Of a stretch of 64,000 bases of DNA, positions 19,431 to 29,924 are shown piece after piece. The position numbers and the translations under genes are program-made. Position 1 is the first letter of the stretch. The number at the start of each line of letters is the position of its first letter. The stretch spans positions 1 to 64,000 of the forward strand of contig JAKLKB010000016.1 in assembly GCA_023150835.1 (NCBI GenBank), written 5' to 3'. The notes under the pieces are model-generated. The model was given only the letters and a program-made list of their open reading frames with translations. It had not been told where the DNA came from and made no database searches. Origin of the DNA: Myxococcota bacterium (GTDB lineage: Bacteria; Myxococcota_C; UBA6777).

Positions 19431-22063
19431 TAGCGGAGGCGGCGGCGGATGAACGGCAGGACCAACAAGAGCAACATCCAGAACGGAAGTTGTGGGGCTT
19501 GTTGGGGAGCGACGTGGCAACCAAAGGCAGGAGCTTGTGTGGGGCCTTGTTGGGGAGCGGTGGAAGTGCGTTCGTCGGTGAGGCTTTGTTGGGTGGTGGA
19601 CCACTCGACTTGGCGAGTGTTGCCTTGGGCGTCCGTCACACGGACTTGGAGGGTGGGTTGTTGGAGTTCTTTGAGGGGAAGGGTTCCACCCGTGATCTCT
19701 TGCCATTGACCGTTGATCTTGGCCTCGTAGCGGAGTTCTTCGCGAGAAGAAACAGCGTCGTTGCCAGCCACGCGCAACACACCGTCTTTTTGGGTGAGTT
19801 TCAATTGGGGCGCGATTGGGTCGAACGTGAATTCGACTTTGACGGGTTCTTCTTCAAGCGAGCGATATTCGCCCTTGAGACGGGCGCGTAGGTGCACGGT
19901 GTGTTTTCCAAGCAAGTTGAGGAAGCGGTTGCGGACAGTCAACACGCCATCGGGTGCAGTGTGGAAGCCCGACCATGCGCCATAATCCACAAAGTATTGA
20001 TATTCAAGCTCGTGGGGTCCGAGGTACTGAGGAACAAACAAGCGAACTTCTCCTGTGGGGGTCAGCTTTCCATTGATCGTCTTGGTCCAACCGGGGTTTT
20101 GGGTGTCGAGCTGTGCGGTGGTCATCGGACGCGGCAACAGCGGCACGCTGCTCGAGTACTTCATCGTCAACGCCAAGGTCAGCCAGTCTTTGCCGACGCC
20201 ATCGCGTGTGATCCCGTCGATGTTGATGGTGATCGGCACACCAAGGGCTTTGGAGATGCTGTCGGAGATATCGATCGGGAAGCTGATCTTGTTGGTTCCG
20301 AGGACTTGGGTGATCAAGGTCAGCAAGGTGGGCAAGAGGCTGTTGATATCGCTTGCATCGACAAGGTTGGCTTGTTCAATGCGGGCGTTTTGGAGGTTCA
20401 GACGATCCGTATCGAAAGCCGCTTCGAGCGAATTGTTGGGGGTTGCGATCAGCGAAAGGCCAAGATCCATATCCACAACAAGGCGGAACAACCGAACAAA
20501 TCGATCATGCAACAACACCGACAACGAGATCCCCATATCGGGGACGTACAGTTGCAACGTCGAATCGGTTTTGCCGCCGACTTGTTGGCCCGTACCGAAC
20601 TGGACTTTGGGGGCTTGGGTGGGTTGGAGCTCGAGCATGACGGGCGCATCTTGGGGGACGAGCTTGGTCAGGTTGGGCGCAAGCAACGAGAAGATCCCGG
20701 CATTCAGGGGGAAGGCTCCACCGCTCAGTTTATGAACATCCGAGGAGTTGACCCGAATGCACAACAGACCTGTCTGATAGACAGCCCACATCATGCGGTT
20801 GGTGGCGGCTTTGGAAAGCGAGGCCGCAAGGTGATATTGCCCGTTCAGTTCAGGATAAGTAGAGGGTTTGTCTTGGGGTTCGGGACGTGCAGGAACGCAT
20901 TTGTTGTTGGGGCTGGCTTCAAAGCCCGTATCCATCGCGAGATTCAAACCGCCTTTGACCACGCTCAGCAACGTTCCGGGGCGCATCAACAAACCAAGCG
21001 GCGTGGCACGATCCAGACCGGGGATACCAAAACCGCCAACAATCGGCGCAAGTGGAACTTGCATCTCTGCCTTGAGTTCTGCAAGCAGATCGTAGTTGGC
21101 CAGTTGTTTGCCGATCTCTGCCTCAAGAAGGTTTGTCAGCGGCCCCATCAACAATGATTGCAAAATTGAACTATTGATCAGTCCCTCCACCAAGTTCAGG
21201 ATCGTGTTGCAGATGCTTGAACCCAAATCGATCGTCACGTCTTGATTGATCACGGGGATAGTGAACAGCCCGATCTTCAGTCCCGTACAAGTCGTTTTGA
21301 ATTGGATAGTTGGTTTATCCAACTGCAAGCTGTTCGGTACATACTCCATCCCAACCTTTCCTGTGGTTGTGTTGGTGACAAATTGAAACGCAAGTGTACC
21401 CTTGATCTTGCCTACGGAGATGCTTGTGTTGGTCAGACTCAAACGGCCGTTGCCACAAGCGTCTCCGCCAAAAGTGTTTCGCAACGCCCCACACACGGAA
21501 ATCGTAGAAGAAGAGGTACGAAGCTGAGCGTTCGGGATATCGAAGCTGATCTCTACCTTGTCAGGCTCGGTTAGCTTTACTCCTAACGTGTTTGTGCCGA
21601 TGCTTCCACAAAAATTGAGTCCCGCTAATTTCATGTAATACCAAAAGTCCGGACTTTTATTGCCTGGTGGCAGCGGCCCTTTACATTCAGGATGCCCTCC
21701 AAAACCCGGAACCCCGCTGTAGGTCGTCGAACAATTCGAATTGACGGGTTCGGCCTTCTTCCCACTTGGATCTGTGCTAAAGATTTGATCTCCCAAGGAG
21801 ATTCCTTTTGAGCAGTCGAGGCTCTGCCCTGCTTTTTTGAGCGCCGCTTCGAGGATCGGCTTGAGGTTTTGTGCGATAAAGTCAAAACCTTGCTGTGTAA
21901 TCCGTGTACGAATGCCGTTGGCAAGAGGCGTTCCCTTGAATTTGTAGTTGGGATCTCCCCCACACGTCGAGGCACATCCTCCGCACCCCAAGCCACTTCC
22001 CGAACAACTCGCGAGAAGCATGGCCAGCCCAAAAAAGGCTACCCGAAAATCCATGCGCTTCAT
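19430..22063 (-). CDS. Large lipoprotein with BPI/LBP(TULIP)-like region and MYXO-CTERM-like C-terminal sorting signal
   Basis: LASC lipobox followed by a Gly/Cys patch; GIRTRITQQGFDFIAQ; tail GC-linker-hydrophobic-RRRLR; GGAGG RBS. Confidence 0.65.
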   Translation of the reverse strand: MKRMDFRVAFFGLAMLLASCSGSGLGCGGCASTCGGDPNYKFKGTPLANGIRTRITQQGFDFIAQNLKPILEAALKKAGQSLDCSKGISLGDQIFSTDPSGKKAEPVNSNCSTTYSGVPGFGGHPECKGPLPPGNKSPDFWYYMKLAGLNFCGSIGTNTLGVKLTEPDKVEISFDIPNAQLRTSSSTISVCGALRNTFGGDACGNGRLSLTNTSISVGKIKGTLAFQFVTNTTTGKVGMEYVPNSLQLDKPTIQFKTTCTGLKIGLFTIPVINQDVTIDLGSSICNTILNLVEGLINSSILQSLLMGPLTNLLEAEIGKQLANYDLLAELKAEMQVPLAPIVGGFGIPGLDRATPLGLLMRPGTLLSVVKGGLNLAMDTGFEASPNNKCVPARPEPQDKPSTYPELNGQYHLAASLSKAATNRMMWAVYQTGLLCIRVNSSDVHKLSGGAFPLNAGIFSLLAPNLTKLVPQDAPVMLELQPTQAPKVQFGTGQQVGGKTDSTLQLYVPDMGISLSVLLHDRFVRLFRLVVDMDLGLSLIATPNNSLEAAFDTDRLNLQNARIEQANLVDASDINSLLPTLLTLITQVLGTNKISFPIDISDSISKALGVPITINIDGITRDGVGKDWLTLALTMKYSSSVPLLPRPMTTAQLDTQNPGWTKTINGKLTPTGEVRLFVPQYLGPHELEYQYFVDYGAWSGFHTAPDGVLTVRNRFLNLLGKHTVHLRARLKGEYRSLEEEPVKVEFTFDPIAPQLKLTQKDGVLRVAGNDAVSSREELRYEAKINGQWQEITGGTLPLKELQQPTLQVRVTDAQGNTRQVEWSTTQQSLTDERTSTAPQQGPTQAPAFGCHVAPQQAPQLPFWMLLLLVLPFIRRRLR

Positions 22064-22205
22064 AAAAACCTCCTTGCCACAAAAATGCCGTTCAAACATA
22101 AGGGAGAGCGATGGGTGTACCCCTCGACAGATACTTTTGCGCGGGGTAGACCTTACACACGACAGATCAGTCCCCCACAGTAGTCGAGAAAGAAATCACC
22201 TGTCA

Positions 22206-22880
22206 ATGCTATCCCTGCGAATCCTCTCCCAAAAGCCCTTCCTTACGCCCCTTGCTCTCTGCTTGTTCGGGCTTGTAATCCTTGCCTTTTGTTTCGCTAG
22301 CTGCGCCACCTCCTCCACCCAACAAAAAAAAACCACCGCGATCCCTTTTCAACTTCACGAAGAACCCCAATGCACCCGCTTTTACGACCAACGCACAGGC
22401 TTGCGCTTTTGTACCCCACCGCAAACCACGCTGCGCTTTCTGGCTCTGGATCCCGATCCTTTTGGAACGCGCTTTGAGGTGATCTTGCAAAGTCCCGCAT
22501 CACTCGTCGAGATCCAGCTCCGCAAAGATCCCTTGCTCGCCGAAAGCACCCCCGAAGAAGCCCTTGATGCCCCTTGGCTCTTGCGCTACGGCATCGCTTA
22601 TGCCGAACGGCGCGGAGTCCACACCAAAGATATCCAATCACAGACCCTTCATCCCAAGCGTGCCGCCTTTTTTCAAGCCGATGCTGCGGTCTGGTTGGCG
22701 TTCCCACTCCGCGATCCCCACTTCGCCCGCGAAGAAGTCCTCGTCCTCGCACAACGTCCCCTCATCCGCTATCTGATCAGCTTGCGTATCAGCACAAAAG
22801 CCCAATCGCCCGAGAACTTCGACGACCTCCACCACACCCTCCAAACCTTCCTCCAAGCCCTCCGACTCAAACCCTCCTAA
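22206..22880 (+). CDS. Hypothetical lipoprotein
   Basis: Hydrophobic stretch then FASC lipobox-like site. Confidence 0.6.
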   Translation: MLSLRILSQKPFLTPLALCLFGLVILAFCFASCATSSTQQKKTTAIPFQLHEEPQCTRFYDQRTGLRFCTPPQTTLRFLALDPDPFGTRFEVILQSPASLVEIQLRKDPLLAESTPEEALDAPWLLRYGIAYAERRGVHTKDIQSQTLHPKRAAFFQADAAVWLAFPLRDPHFAREEVLVLAQRPLIRYLISLRISTKAQSPENFDDLHHTLQTFLQALRLKPS

Positions 22881-22882
22881 TC

Positions 22883-23004
22883 AGAAGAAATCCGCTCGTT
22901 GCGTACCCAGAAAGCGTAGGGGCTGCCCCCGTGGCTGCCCAAGGACAGGGCGTCTACAGCGGATCGCACCTACCCTCCGATCACACGTCTCTTGGATATC
23001 GTAT
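22883..23004 (+). mobile_element. MITE-like element, family A
   Basis: GAAATCCG / GGATATCGTAT ends with GTAG REP core. Confidence 0.7.
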
Positions 23005-23019
23005 CACGCTTTGGAACGC

Positions 23020-24645
23020 TCAATCTGTTCGAGGTTTTGGGGCGCGTTTTGTTGTCGGGCGTGTGGTCGAAGATCCATCAAATAATTTTTTGAGCGTCGG
23101 ATCTTTTTGTAGAGCCTTGAACAGCTCCAAGAAGCTAAAACCAAGGGCTTCAACAGCCCCCGACAGATACAAGTACACAAAGACTTGATCGGTGCTTGCC
23201 CACTCATAGGCTTGCGCACTTGAAACGCGGCTACGTTGGACATAACCGAACCCATACGCCACATTCAAACCGAGGTTGACAGATCCCCGACCCACCTTCA
23301 AACCGACGCTCGTCGTCATTCCGATCGCGTTGAGGTACGGCACACACGCCCGAAGATTACACCCCGCTGTATCGGGTTCGATCGAGACAGTTGGATTGCT
23401 TAGTCCCAACACCACGCGACTTGCAGCAGTCAGGTTGGTGTACACCCCAAAACGCCAAGGGATCGTCGGTGTGAGGTAGACTTCAGCCCCCACATTCACA
23501 TTCATCACAAAGTTGCGCCGCACTCGGTTCGGATACGCAAACAACTCGACATCTTGCGCCGTCATCTGGGCAGGATCGAGGATATCGAATTCTTGTGGAA
23601 GATAAAACGAAAGATCCACCGCAAACAACAGCCGCTCGTTCGGACGCCACGAAGATCCGATCCGAAACTCCCACGGCAAGGGAGGCTGCGCACCAATGTT
23701 TTCTTTCTCAATCAACCGCGTCTCCGTTGTCGTCGGAGCGTTCGGCACAACCGAAAAGCGATGCCGCTGCAAACGAAACGTCCCCAAACCAAACAAGCGA
23801 AACGATGACAAACTCGCCATCCACCCCAAACGCCATTGTGGGCTGATCTCCCACAACAACCCCAAACGCACTTGCAAACTCCCTGAGACCGAAAGCAGCG
23901 TACTGTTCAGACTGTATGCCTCATTTTGGCGACACACTCCTTGTTGGCAAATCCCCTCCGTTCCGCCTTGTGACACGATCCAATGATAAAGCTGATGCGC
24001 ATAATACGCCGATATGCCGAGCGATACGGTGCCAAATCGCCTCGATAGCGTCGGCCCTGCCAACAACACTTGTTGCTGACGCTGTAAAACATACATCACC
24101 TGCCCCGCATTTCCCGCATCCAAGCCCTCTTCCAGATGCTCCCTTAACTGCCAAGGCACCAAGATCGATAACCCCGCCCCCCACACAGGACGGCCTGATT
24201 CATCCTTCGGGCCAAACAACGTCGCGATCCCCACAGATGCCGGAATGCTCGTCAAACTCAAGTGTTGCAGATCCGTTGTCGCTTCGCTGTTCACCAGCTT
24301 CAAACCCTTGTGACGTATCCGATACTCTAATCCATAGATCGGCAAACTCACTTCCAACTGCAATTGACGCAGTTGCGACAAACCCGCCGGATTGTAAAAA
24401 CCCGCCGTCGGATCATCTGCGATCGCTGTAAACGCCCCTCCCATCCCCAACGCACGCTGCCCCACGATCAGATCCTGATACTGCAACAACTGCCCTTCTG
24501 CTCGCGCACCCCACCCCCACCACACACACCACACGCACAAAAAAAACAACCGCCGACCGACCAATTCGCACTCCCATCGACCGATGATACCACGCTTCTC
24601 CCAAACGCCCCGCAACAACGACTCCTTGGGCATACCGCACCGCAC
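23020..24645 (-). CDS. FadL/OmpP1-like outer-membrane beta-barrel; start uncertain
   Basis: GQRALGMGGAFTAIADDPTAGFYNPAGL hatch motif followed by amphipathic strands. Confidence 0.8.
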   Translation of the reverse strand: MRCGMPKESLLRGVWEKRGIIGRWECELVGRRLFFLCVWCVWWGWGARAEGQLLQYQDLIVGQRALGMGGAFTAIADDPTAGFYNPAGLSQLRQLQLEVSLPIYGLEYRIRHKGLKLVNSEATTDLQHLSLTSIPASVGIATLFGPKDESGRPVWGAGLSILVPWQLREHLEEGLDAGNAGQVMYVLQRQQQVLLAGPTLSRRFGTVSLGISAYYAHQLYHWIVSQGGTEGICQQGVCRQNEAYSLNSTLLSVSGSLQVRLGLLWEISPQWRLGWMASLSSFRLFGLGTFRLQRHRFSVVPNAPTTTETRLIEKENIGAQPPLPWEFRIGSSWRPNERLLFAVDLSFYLPQEFDILDPAQMTAQDVELFAYPNRVRRNFVMNVNVGAEVYLTPTIPWRFGVYTNLTAASRVVLGLSNPTVSIEPDTAGCNLRACVPYLNAIGMTTSVGLKVGRGSVNLGLNVAYGFGYVQRSRVSSAQAYEWASTDQVFVYLYLSGAVEALGFSFLELFKALQKDPTLKKLFDGSSTTRPTTKRAPKPRTD

Positions 24646-24926
24646 ACACCTTCTTTTTTAACTCACTCTCTCACGATGCGCCACCCCCGCTATCGCACAA
24701 CTCGACACGCACCCCACCCCACCGCACGACTTGACAGCTCGCCCACTCTCGCGCTAACAAAAACAACGGTGCGCGAACCACGCACATACCCTGTTCGTCG
24801 TTCCCCACACGTTCGTTCTTTCGCTCTCTTGCTCTTGCCATCCATCACTCTCCACCCAAAGGGAAGATCTCACTCCGATATCCCTCCCCACACCCAACCA
24901 CGATGGTTCGATGGAGGCTTCATCTC

Positions 24927-25484
24927 ATGAACACATGGCTACACCAATTCCTCGGTATCCCCGCTGAACAAGGCCCGTCCCTTGAGATCCAATTCCGCCT
25001 ACACGATACGATCCTCTACCAAACTTCTCTTGAATACGGACAATCCTTCTCCATCGGTCGCTCTGCCCAAAACGACTTCGCCCTCGAAACCCCCCTTCTC
25101 CCAATGGATCACTTCACGCTTGTTCAATTCCACGCCAAAGGTGCCCTGATCCAATTCACTTCCACCATGCGAGGCTTTCTTCAACGCGGCAAAACATGGC
25201 AGTGCCTCGATGAACTCAAACACACCCACAAGATCCACCCCACACCCCAAGGCTACCGCTTACAACTCCCCCTCGGAGCCGCGCTTTTCCTCCATCTCGA
25301 CCAACTTCAAATCTGCGCCCGTTGGTCCCATCAACCCCGACATTGGGACTCTTCCGCTCCCTTCCAACGCCGATGGAACCTCAACCGCTCCGAAGATATC
25401 CCCCTCGGCTTCGCACGCATCCTCCCCTCCTCTCCCCCGCCCACTTCGCCCTCACCACACACCCACTTCCACCACCCTCTTTAA
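24927..25484 (+). CDS. Hypothetical protein with FHA-like beta-domain
   Basis: FSIGRSAQNDFAL motif; GGAGG RBS. Confidence 0.55.
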   Translation: MNTWLHQFLGIPAEQGPSLEIQFRLHDTILYQTSLEYGQSFSIGRSAQNDFALETPLLPMDHFTLVQFHAKGALIQFTSTMRGFLQRGKTWQCLDELKHTHKIHPTPQGYRLQLPLGAALFLHLDQLQICARWSHQPRHWDSSAPFQRRWNLNRSEDIPLGFARILPSSPPPTSPSPHTHFHHPL

Positions 25485-26179
25485 GCAGAGGCTTCGCGTT
25501 CGCGCTTCTGTTGGGCGTAATGCTCTCGCCTTCTTTGGCGGCGAGAGATGTACGTATTCTTGGGCTTTTGTGAACCCAAACGCTTTTTCAGATACAAGCG
25601 CTCGACCTCCCAATACTCCATATCGCTGCTGTCAATAAACCAATCTTCGTAGCCATGTTTATGATAAAAGCGCCGTGTCTTCGCATAATGCTCACTTTTG
25701 GAGCTTTCTGCTTCTGTCCACACGATCACTTCGGCAGTAGGATCGAGCGATACCAACTCTTTTTCGAGGCGTTCGAGCAGTGCGGTCCCGATCCCCGCAC
25801 CGTGATGATCAGGATCGACCGCCAACCAGATCAACTCAACACGGCTTGCTGCCGGGATCGAACCGGGCGTGTAGTATTGAATAAATCCCACGCCCACACC
25901 ATCCATCTCTGCGACAAATCCGGGACATTCGTCGAGATCTTCGTCGATCTCTTCGAGCGCTTCTTCGTCGAACCATTCCGGCAGACGATGGGCGATCGCC
26001 GACATCGCTTTGCGATCTGCTTTGGGCCGTAACGCCCGAACACGCAGCCCACTTTTCGAGGAGGTCTCTTTCGAGAGGGCCTCTTTCGAGAGGGCCTCTT
26101 TCGAGGAGGTCTCTTTCGAGAGGGCCTCTTTCGAGGAGGTCTTGGAGGAGTGCGGGGTGGTTGGTTTTTTCTTCGGCAC
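25481..26179 (-). CDS. GNAT-family acetyltransferase with repetitive N-terminus
   Basis: LPEWF, LAVDPDHHGAGIGTALL, YAKTRRFYHKHGY; SKEAL/SKETS 15-bp repeats. Confidence 0.88.
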   Translation of the reverse strand: MPKKKPTTPHSSKTSSKEALSKETSSKEALSKEALSKETSSKSGLRVRALRPKADRKAMSAIAHRLPEWFDEEALEEIDEDLDECPGFVAEMDGVGVGFIQYYTPGSIPAASRVELIWLAVDPDHHGAGIGTALLERLEKELVSLDPTAEVIVWTEAESSKSEHYAKTRRFYHKHGYEDWFIDSSDMEYWEVERLYLKKRLGSQKPKNTYISRRQRRREHYAQQKREREASA

Positions 26180-26284
26180 GGTCTTTTCCCTCGTAGGATG
26201 GAGATATCGGGTTTACGCGCTGGATAAAGAGATGATGGTACGCATCCTTTCCACAAGGTCAAGCGCACAAAAAACACACCAATA

Positions 26285-26453
26285 ATACGAAATCCGCCCG
26301 TTGTGTTATCGTAAAAATGTTTGGGCAGCCCCCCGTGTCTGCCCGACCACAGGGCGGTTCGCGAACACTTGGACCAACTCAATCGATTCGTTTCGCTGAC
26401 AACACGACTCTTGCCCCTACATGATGCGATCACACTTCTCTCGGATATCGTAT
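26285..26453 (+). mobile_element. MITE-like element, family A (long form)
   Basis: ATACGAAATCCG / CGGATATCGTAT near-perfect TIR; REP-like core. Confidence 0.75.
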
Positions 26454-26580
26454 TGTTTCTTGCGCCTTCTTGGAGTCTTGTTGACGCCTCTTCACAAGGC
26501 GACGCAAGATGGTTAACCTAGGCCGCGTTTCGTCAAGAAGCCGAGGTTGTTTTCGGCCTCACCTTAGGGAGTTTTGCATC

Positions 26581-27369
26581 GTGAATCTCGAACAGTTCTT
26601 CCAATTGCTGCGACCGACACAACAAAACGCCCGCGAACAAGAGCACAAACTACGCGATGCCATCGAATCTTGGGAACAACGCGCATTCTCCATCAACGCT
26701 GCCATCGGTCTTTTACGCGCTGCCCTCCATCTCCAACAACAGCACGAAGACCTTTTGCTCCAACAACGAGCAGCACTCTCTTCGGCCTGTGACGATCACC
26801 CGTCCACTGCCCTTGCTGCGGCATTGATCGAACAATCCCGCCACCACCAACACTTGCACACCTACACCCTTCGAGCAGTCTATCGGCAACTCCTCGAACA
26901 AAAAAAACAACTCCTCCAACAAGGCCAAGAACACTTCCTCCCCGTGATCCAGTCCCTCCCCAACGACCGAAAAGAGCGCATACTCCGACTCTTCCAACAA
27001 AGCCAACACGATATCCAACAAGTCGCGGTCTCCCGCCAAGAAGTCGCTGCGCTGCGCGAACTCGAAGAACAACTCCAACGCCCTCTCTCCCATCCCACCA
27101 CCGCTGAATCAACCACACCATCAAGTCCTCCCACACCATCAAGTCCTCCCACACCATCAAGTCCTCCCACACCACCGATTCCTCCCACACCACCGATTCC
27201 TCCCACACCACCGATTCCTCCCACAGCAGCTACGTCCCCACACGAGGCGCTTTCGTTTATAGCCCTTGAGCAACATATTCAGGGCCTTTTGCAGACACTG
27301 TCCACACCCCACACAACGATCGAACACTCCCTCCCGATTGTGGAGAGGAGCGAAGGAGCGACCGGTTGA
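26581..27369 (+). CDS. Coiled-coil hypothetical protein with Pro/Thr 18-bp repeats
   Basis: GTG after AGGGAG; Gln/Leu-rich helices; TPSSPP/TPPIPP repeats; overlaps the next gene. Confidence 0.65.
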   Translation: MNLEQFFQLLRPTQQNAREQEHKLRDAIESWEQRAFSINAAIGLLRAALHLQQQHEDLLLQQRAALSSACDDHPSTALAAALIEQSRHHQHLHTYTLRAVYRQLLEQKKQLLQQGQEHFLPVIQSLPNDRKERILRLFQQSQHDIQQVAVSRQEVAALRELEEQLQRPLSHPTTAESTTPSSPPTPSSPPTPSSPPTPPIPPTPPIPPTPPIPPTAATSPHEALSFIALEQHIQGLLQTLSTPHTTIEHSLPIVERSEGATG

Positions 27370-29921
27370 ACGACACACTCGAAAACGGGCTACGCGTGAT
27401 CTTGGCCCCCACACAAGCCGCACCTGTTGTCGCCATCCAAGCATGGATCGGCGTTGGAAGCGCCGATGAAACCGAAGAAGAAGCAGGACTCGCCCACTTT
27501 CACGAACACATGCTGTTCAAAGGCACGGCCCGCCGAAAAGTCGGGCAGATCGCCCAAGATGTCGAAAGTGCTGGCGGCGATATCAACGCATGGACTTCGT
27601 TCGACGAAACGGTGTACCATATCACCCTACCTGCGGCCTTTTACAAAGAAGGACTCGATATCTTGGCGGACGTTCTTCAACACTCTTCTTTCGATGCCGA
27701 GGAGATGAAGAAAGAGTCCGAAGTGATCTTGGAAGAGATCAAACGCAGCCAAGACATGCCCACCCAACAGCTCGGCCAAAAATTGTTCTCTCTGTCTTTC
27801 TTGGAACACACTTACAGACGCCCGATTATCGGGTATGAGTCGACGGTCAAAGGCTTTGGCCGCGAAGAGATGTTGCGCTTCTATCGCAAGTGGTACGTCC
27901 CCAACAACATCGTCCTCGTGATCGCAGGGGACTTCGAAGTGGACGAAGCCAAGGCCCTTGTGAAGTCGTTGTTTGGCGAGATGCAAGGCCAAGCCAATCC
28001 ACGCCAACGCCCCAACGAGCCGCCCCAAACAGAGACCCGCTTTGCTCTGATGCAAGAAGACACCCAAGAAAGCTACATCCAACTTGGCTTTCATGGCCCT
28101 GCCCTCCGTGACACCGACCTTTACGCGATGGAGATGCTTGCAGTCATCCTCGGACAAGGCGAAAGCAGCCGACTCGATCGTGAACTCTTGCGCAAACAAG
28201 AACTTGTCAACAGCGCATGGTCTTACGCATACAGCCCCAAAGATATCGGCCTCTTTCTTACAGGGGCCTCACTTCCACCCGGCAAAGAGCGCGAAGCAAC
28301 CGCCTCTTTGATCGAACAGATCGTGCGCCTACAGCATACGCCACCAACGCAAGCCGAAGTCGAAAAAGCCCGTACCGTCGTCGAAAGCAGCGCGATCTAT
28401 CAGCGTGAAACGGTCCAAGGCATCGCCCGCACGCTCGGCTTTTATCAGTTGCTTGCAGGCGATCTTGCTTTTGAAGAAAACTTTTATCGCGGCATCGCCC
28501 GCGTTCAACCCAAGGATATCCAGCAAGTCGCCGCCCGCTACCTCAAGCCCGAACGCACCACCGCTGTGGTGATGATCCCCAAAGAACAACAGCCTCCCGC
28601 CCTTTCTGCCGAAGATATCCGCGCCTTCTTTGCCGAAAGCAACCAAAAATACGCCGTCATCCATCGCCCTGCCGCCCACCAACCCACCCTCCACACCCTC
28701 GCAAACGGTATCCGTGTGGTCCTCAAAACCAACCGCCACGCTCCTTTGGTGTCCTTGCGCGCTGCGATGCTTGGCGGCTTACGCTTTGAGTCCGAACAAG
28801 ACAACGGGATCACTCAACTCACCGCCCGCCTTCTCTCCAAAGGCACCAGCAGCATCGATGCCGAACAACTCGCCGAGATCACCGATGCGATGGCGGGTTC
28901 CGTCGGCGGCTTTTCCGGGCGAAACTCCATCGGCTTACGCGGAACGTTTTTACGCAAAAACTTCGATCGCGGCCTCGACCTCTTCACCGATTGTTTGCTC
29001 GATCCGATCTTCCCTGACGAAGAAGTCGAACGCGAACGCCGCCTTACCCTCGAAGATATCCGCGCCTCCGAAGATCAACTCGCTTACAAAGCCTTCCAAC
29101 TCTTTCATCGTACACTTTATGACGCACACCCTTATCGCCTCCCTGCCACCGGCTCTATCGAAAGCGTCACCGCTCTCCAACGCGAACAGATCGTCCAATA
29201 CTACGGGCAGATCCGCACTCCCCAAAACCTCGTGCTATCCGTAGTCGGCGATATCGACAACGACGAAACCCTCCAACTTCTCGAAGATCGCCTCGCTCAC
29301 CTCGAATCCCGCGAGTTCATCCAACCCCAACTCCCCGTCGAACAAGGCCCCCAAGATATCCGAACTGCCGAAGAATACAAAGAGCGTATGCAAGCTCACC
29401 TTGTCCTCGGCTTTTTTGGCATCACCCTCTTTGATCCCGACCGCTACCCCATCGATGTCATGAATGCCATCCTCGCAGGGCAAGGTGGACGACTCTTTCT
29501 CGAACTGCGCGACAAACTCTCCCTCGCCTACTCCGTCTCTTCTTTTTCCTCTGAACTCCTCGAACCCGGATACTTCGCCGTCTACATCGGCACCAGCGCC
29601 AACAAACTCGAACAAGCCCGCGAAGGCATCCTCCGCGAACTTCAACGCATCTGCGATGAACCCGTCACTCCCGAAGAATTGGAACGCACCAAACGCCATC
29701 TCATCGGCTCCCACGCGATCTCTCTTCAAAAGAACGGCGCACAAGCCAACAGCTTCGCTCTCAACGAGCTTTACGGACTCGGTTTTGACAACCACAGCCG
29801 CTATCCCGAGATCATCCGCGCCGTCACCCAAGACGATATCCAGCGTGTCGCTCGACGGCTCTTGCGCCTCGATCGCTACGTCCTCTCCATCGTCCGTCCA
29901 CCCAAAGAACAGGACGCCTGA
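27366..29921 (+). CDS. M16 (pitrilysin/PqqL-like) zinc peptidase, fused two-module form
   Basis: GLAHFHEHMLFKGT (HxxEH), INAWTSFDETVY, second inactive module, RLFLELRDKLSLAY. Confidence 0.93.
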   Translation: MNDTLENGLRVILAPTQAAPVVAIQAWIGVGSADETEEEAGLAHFHEHMLFKGTARRKVGQIAQDVESAGGDINAWTSFDETVYHITLPAAFYKEGLDILADVLQHSSFDAEEMKKESEVILEEIKRSQDMPTQQLGQKLFSLSFLEHTYRRPIIGYESTVKGFGREEMLRFYRKWYVPNNIVLVIAGDFEVDEAKALVKSLFGEMQGQANPRQRPNEPPQTETRFALMQEDTQESYIQLGFHGPALRDTDLYAMEMLAVILGQGESSRLDRELLRKQELVNSAWSYAYSPKDIGLFLTGASLPPGKEREATASLIEQIVRLQHTPPTQAEVEKARTVVESSAIYQRETVQGIARTLGFYQLLAGDLAFEENFYRGIARVQPKDIQQVAARYLKPERTTAVVMIPKEQQPPALSAEDIRAFFAESNQKYAVIHRPAAHQPTLHTLANGIRVVLKTNRHAPLVSLRAAMLGGLRFESEQDNGITQLTARLLSKGTSSIDAEQLAEITDAMAGSVGGFSGRNSIGLRGTFLRKNFDRGLDLFTDCLLDPIFPDEEVERERRLTLEDIRASEDQLAYKAFQLFHRTLYDAHPYRLPATGSIESVTALQREQIVQYYGQIRTPQNLVLSVVGDIDNDETLQLLEDRLAHLESREFIQPQLPVEQGPQDIRTAEEYKERMQAHLVLGFFGITLFDPDRYPIDVMNAILAGQGGRLFLELRDKLSLAYSVSSFSSELLEPGYFAVYIGTSANKLEQAREGILRELQRICDEPVTPEELERTKRHLIGSHAISLQKNGAQANSFALNELYGLGFDNHSRYPEIIRAVTQDDIQRVARRLLRLDRYVLSIVRPPKEQDA

Positions 29922-29924
29922 ACC

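Noticed and set aside
22324-22332. A9 homopolymer as a phase-variation switch
   Set aside because: The frame is intact and A/T runs of this length occur elsewhere in the window; there is no evidence of slippage.
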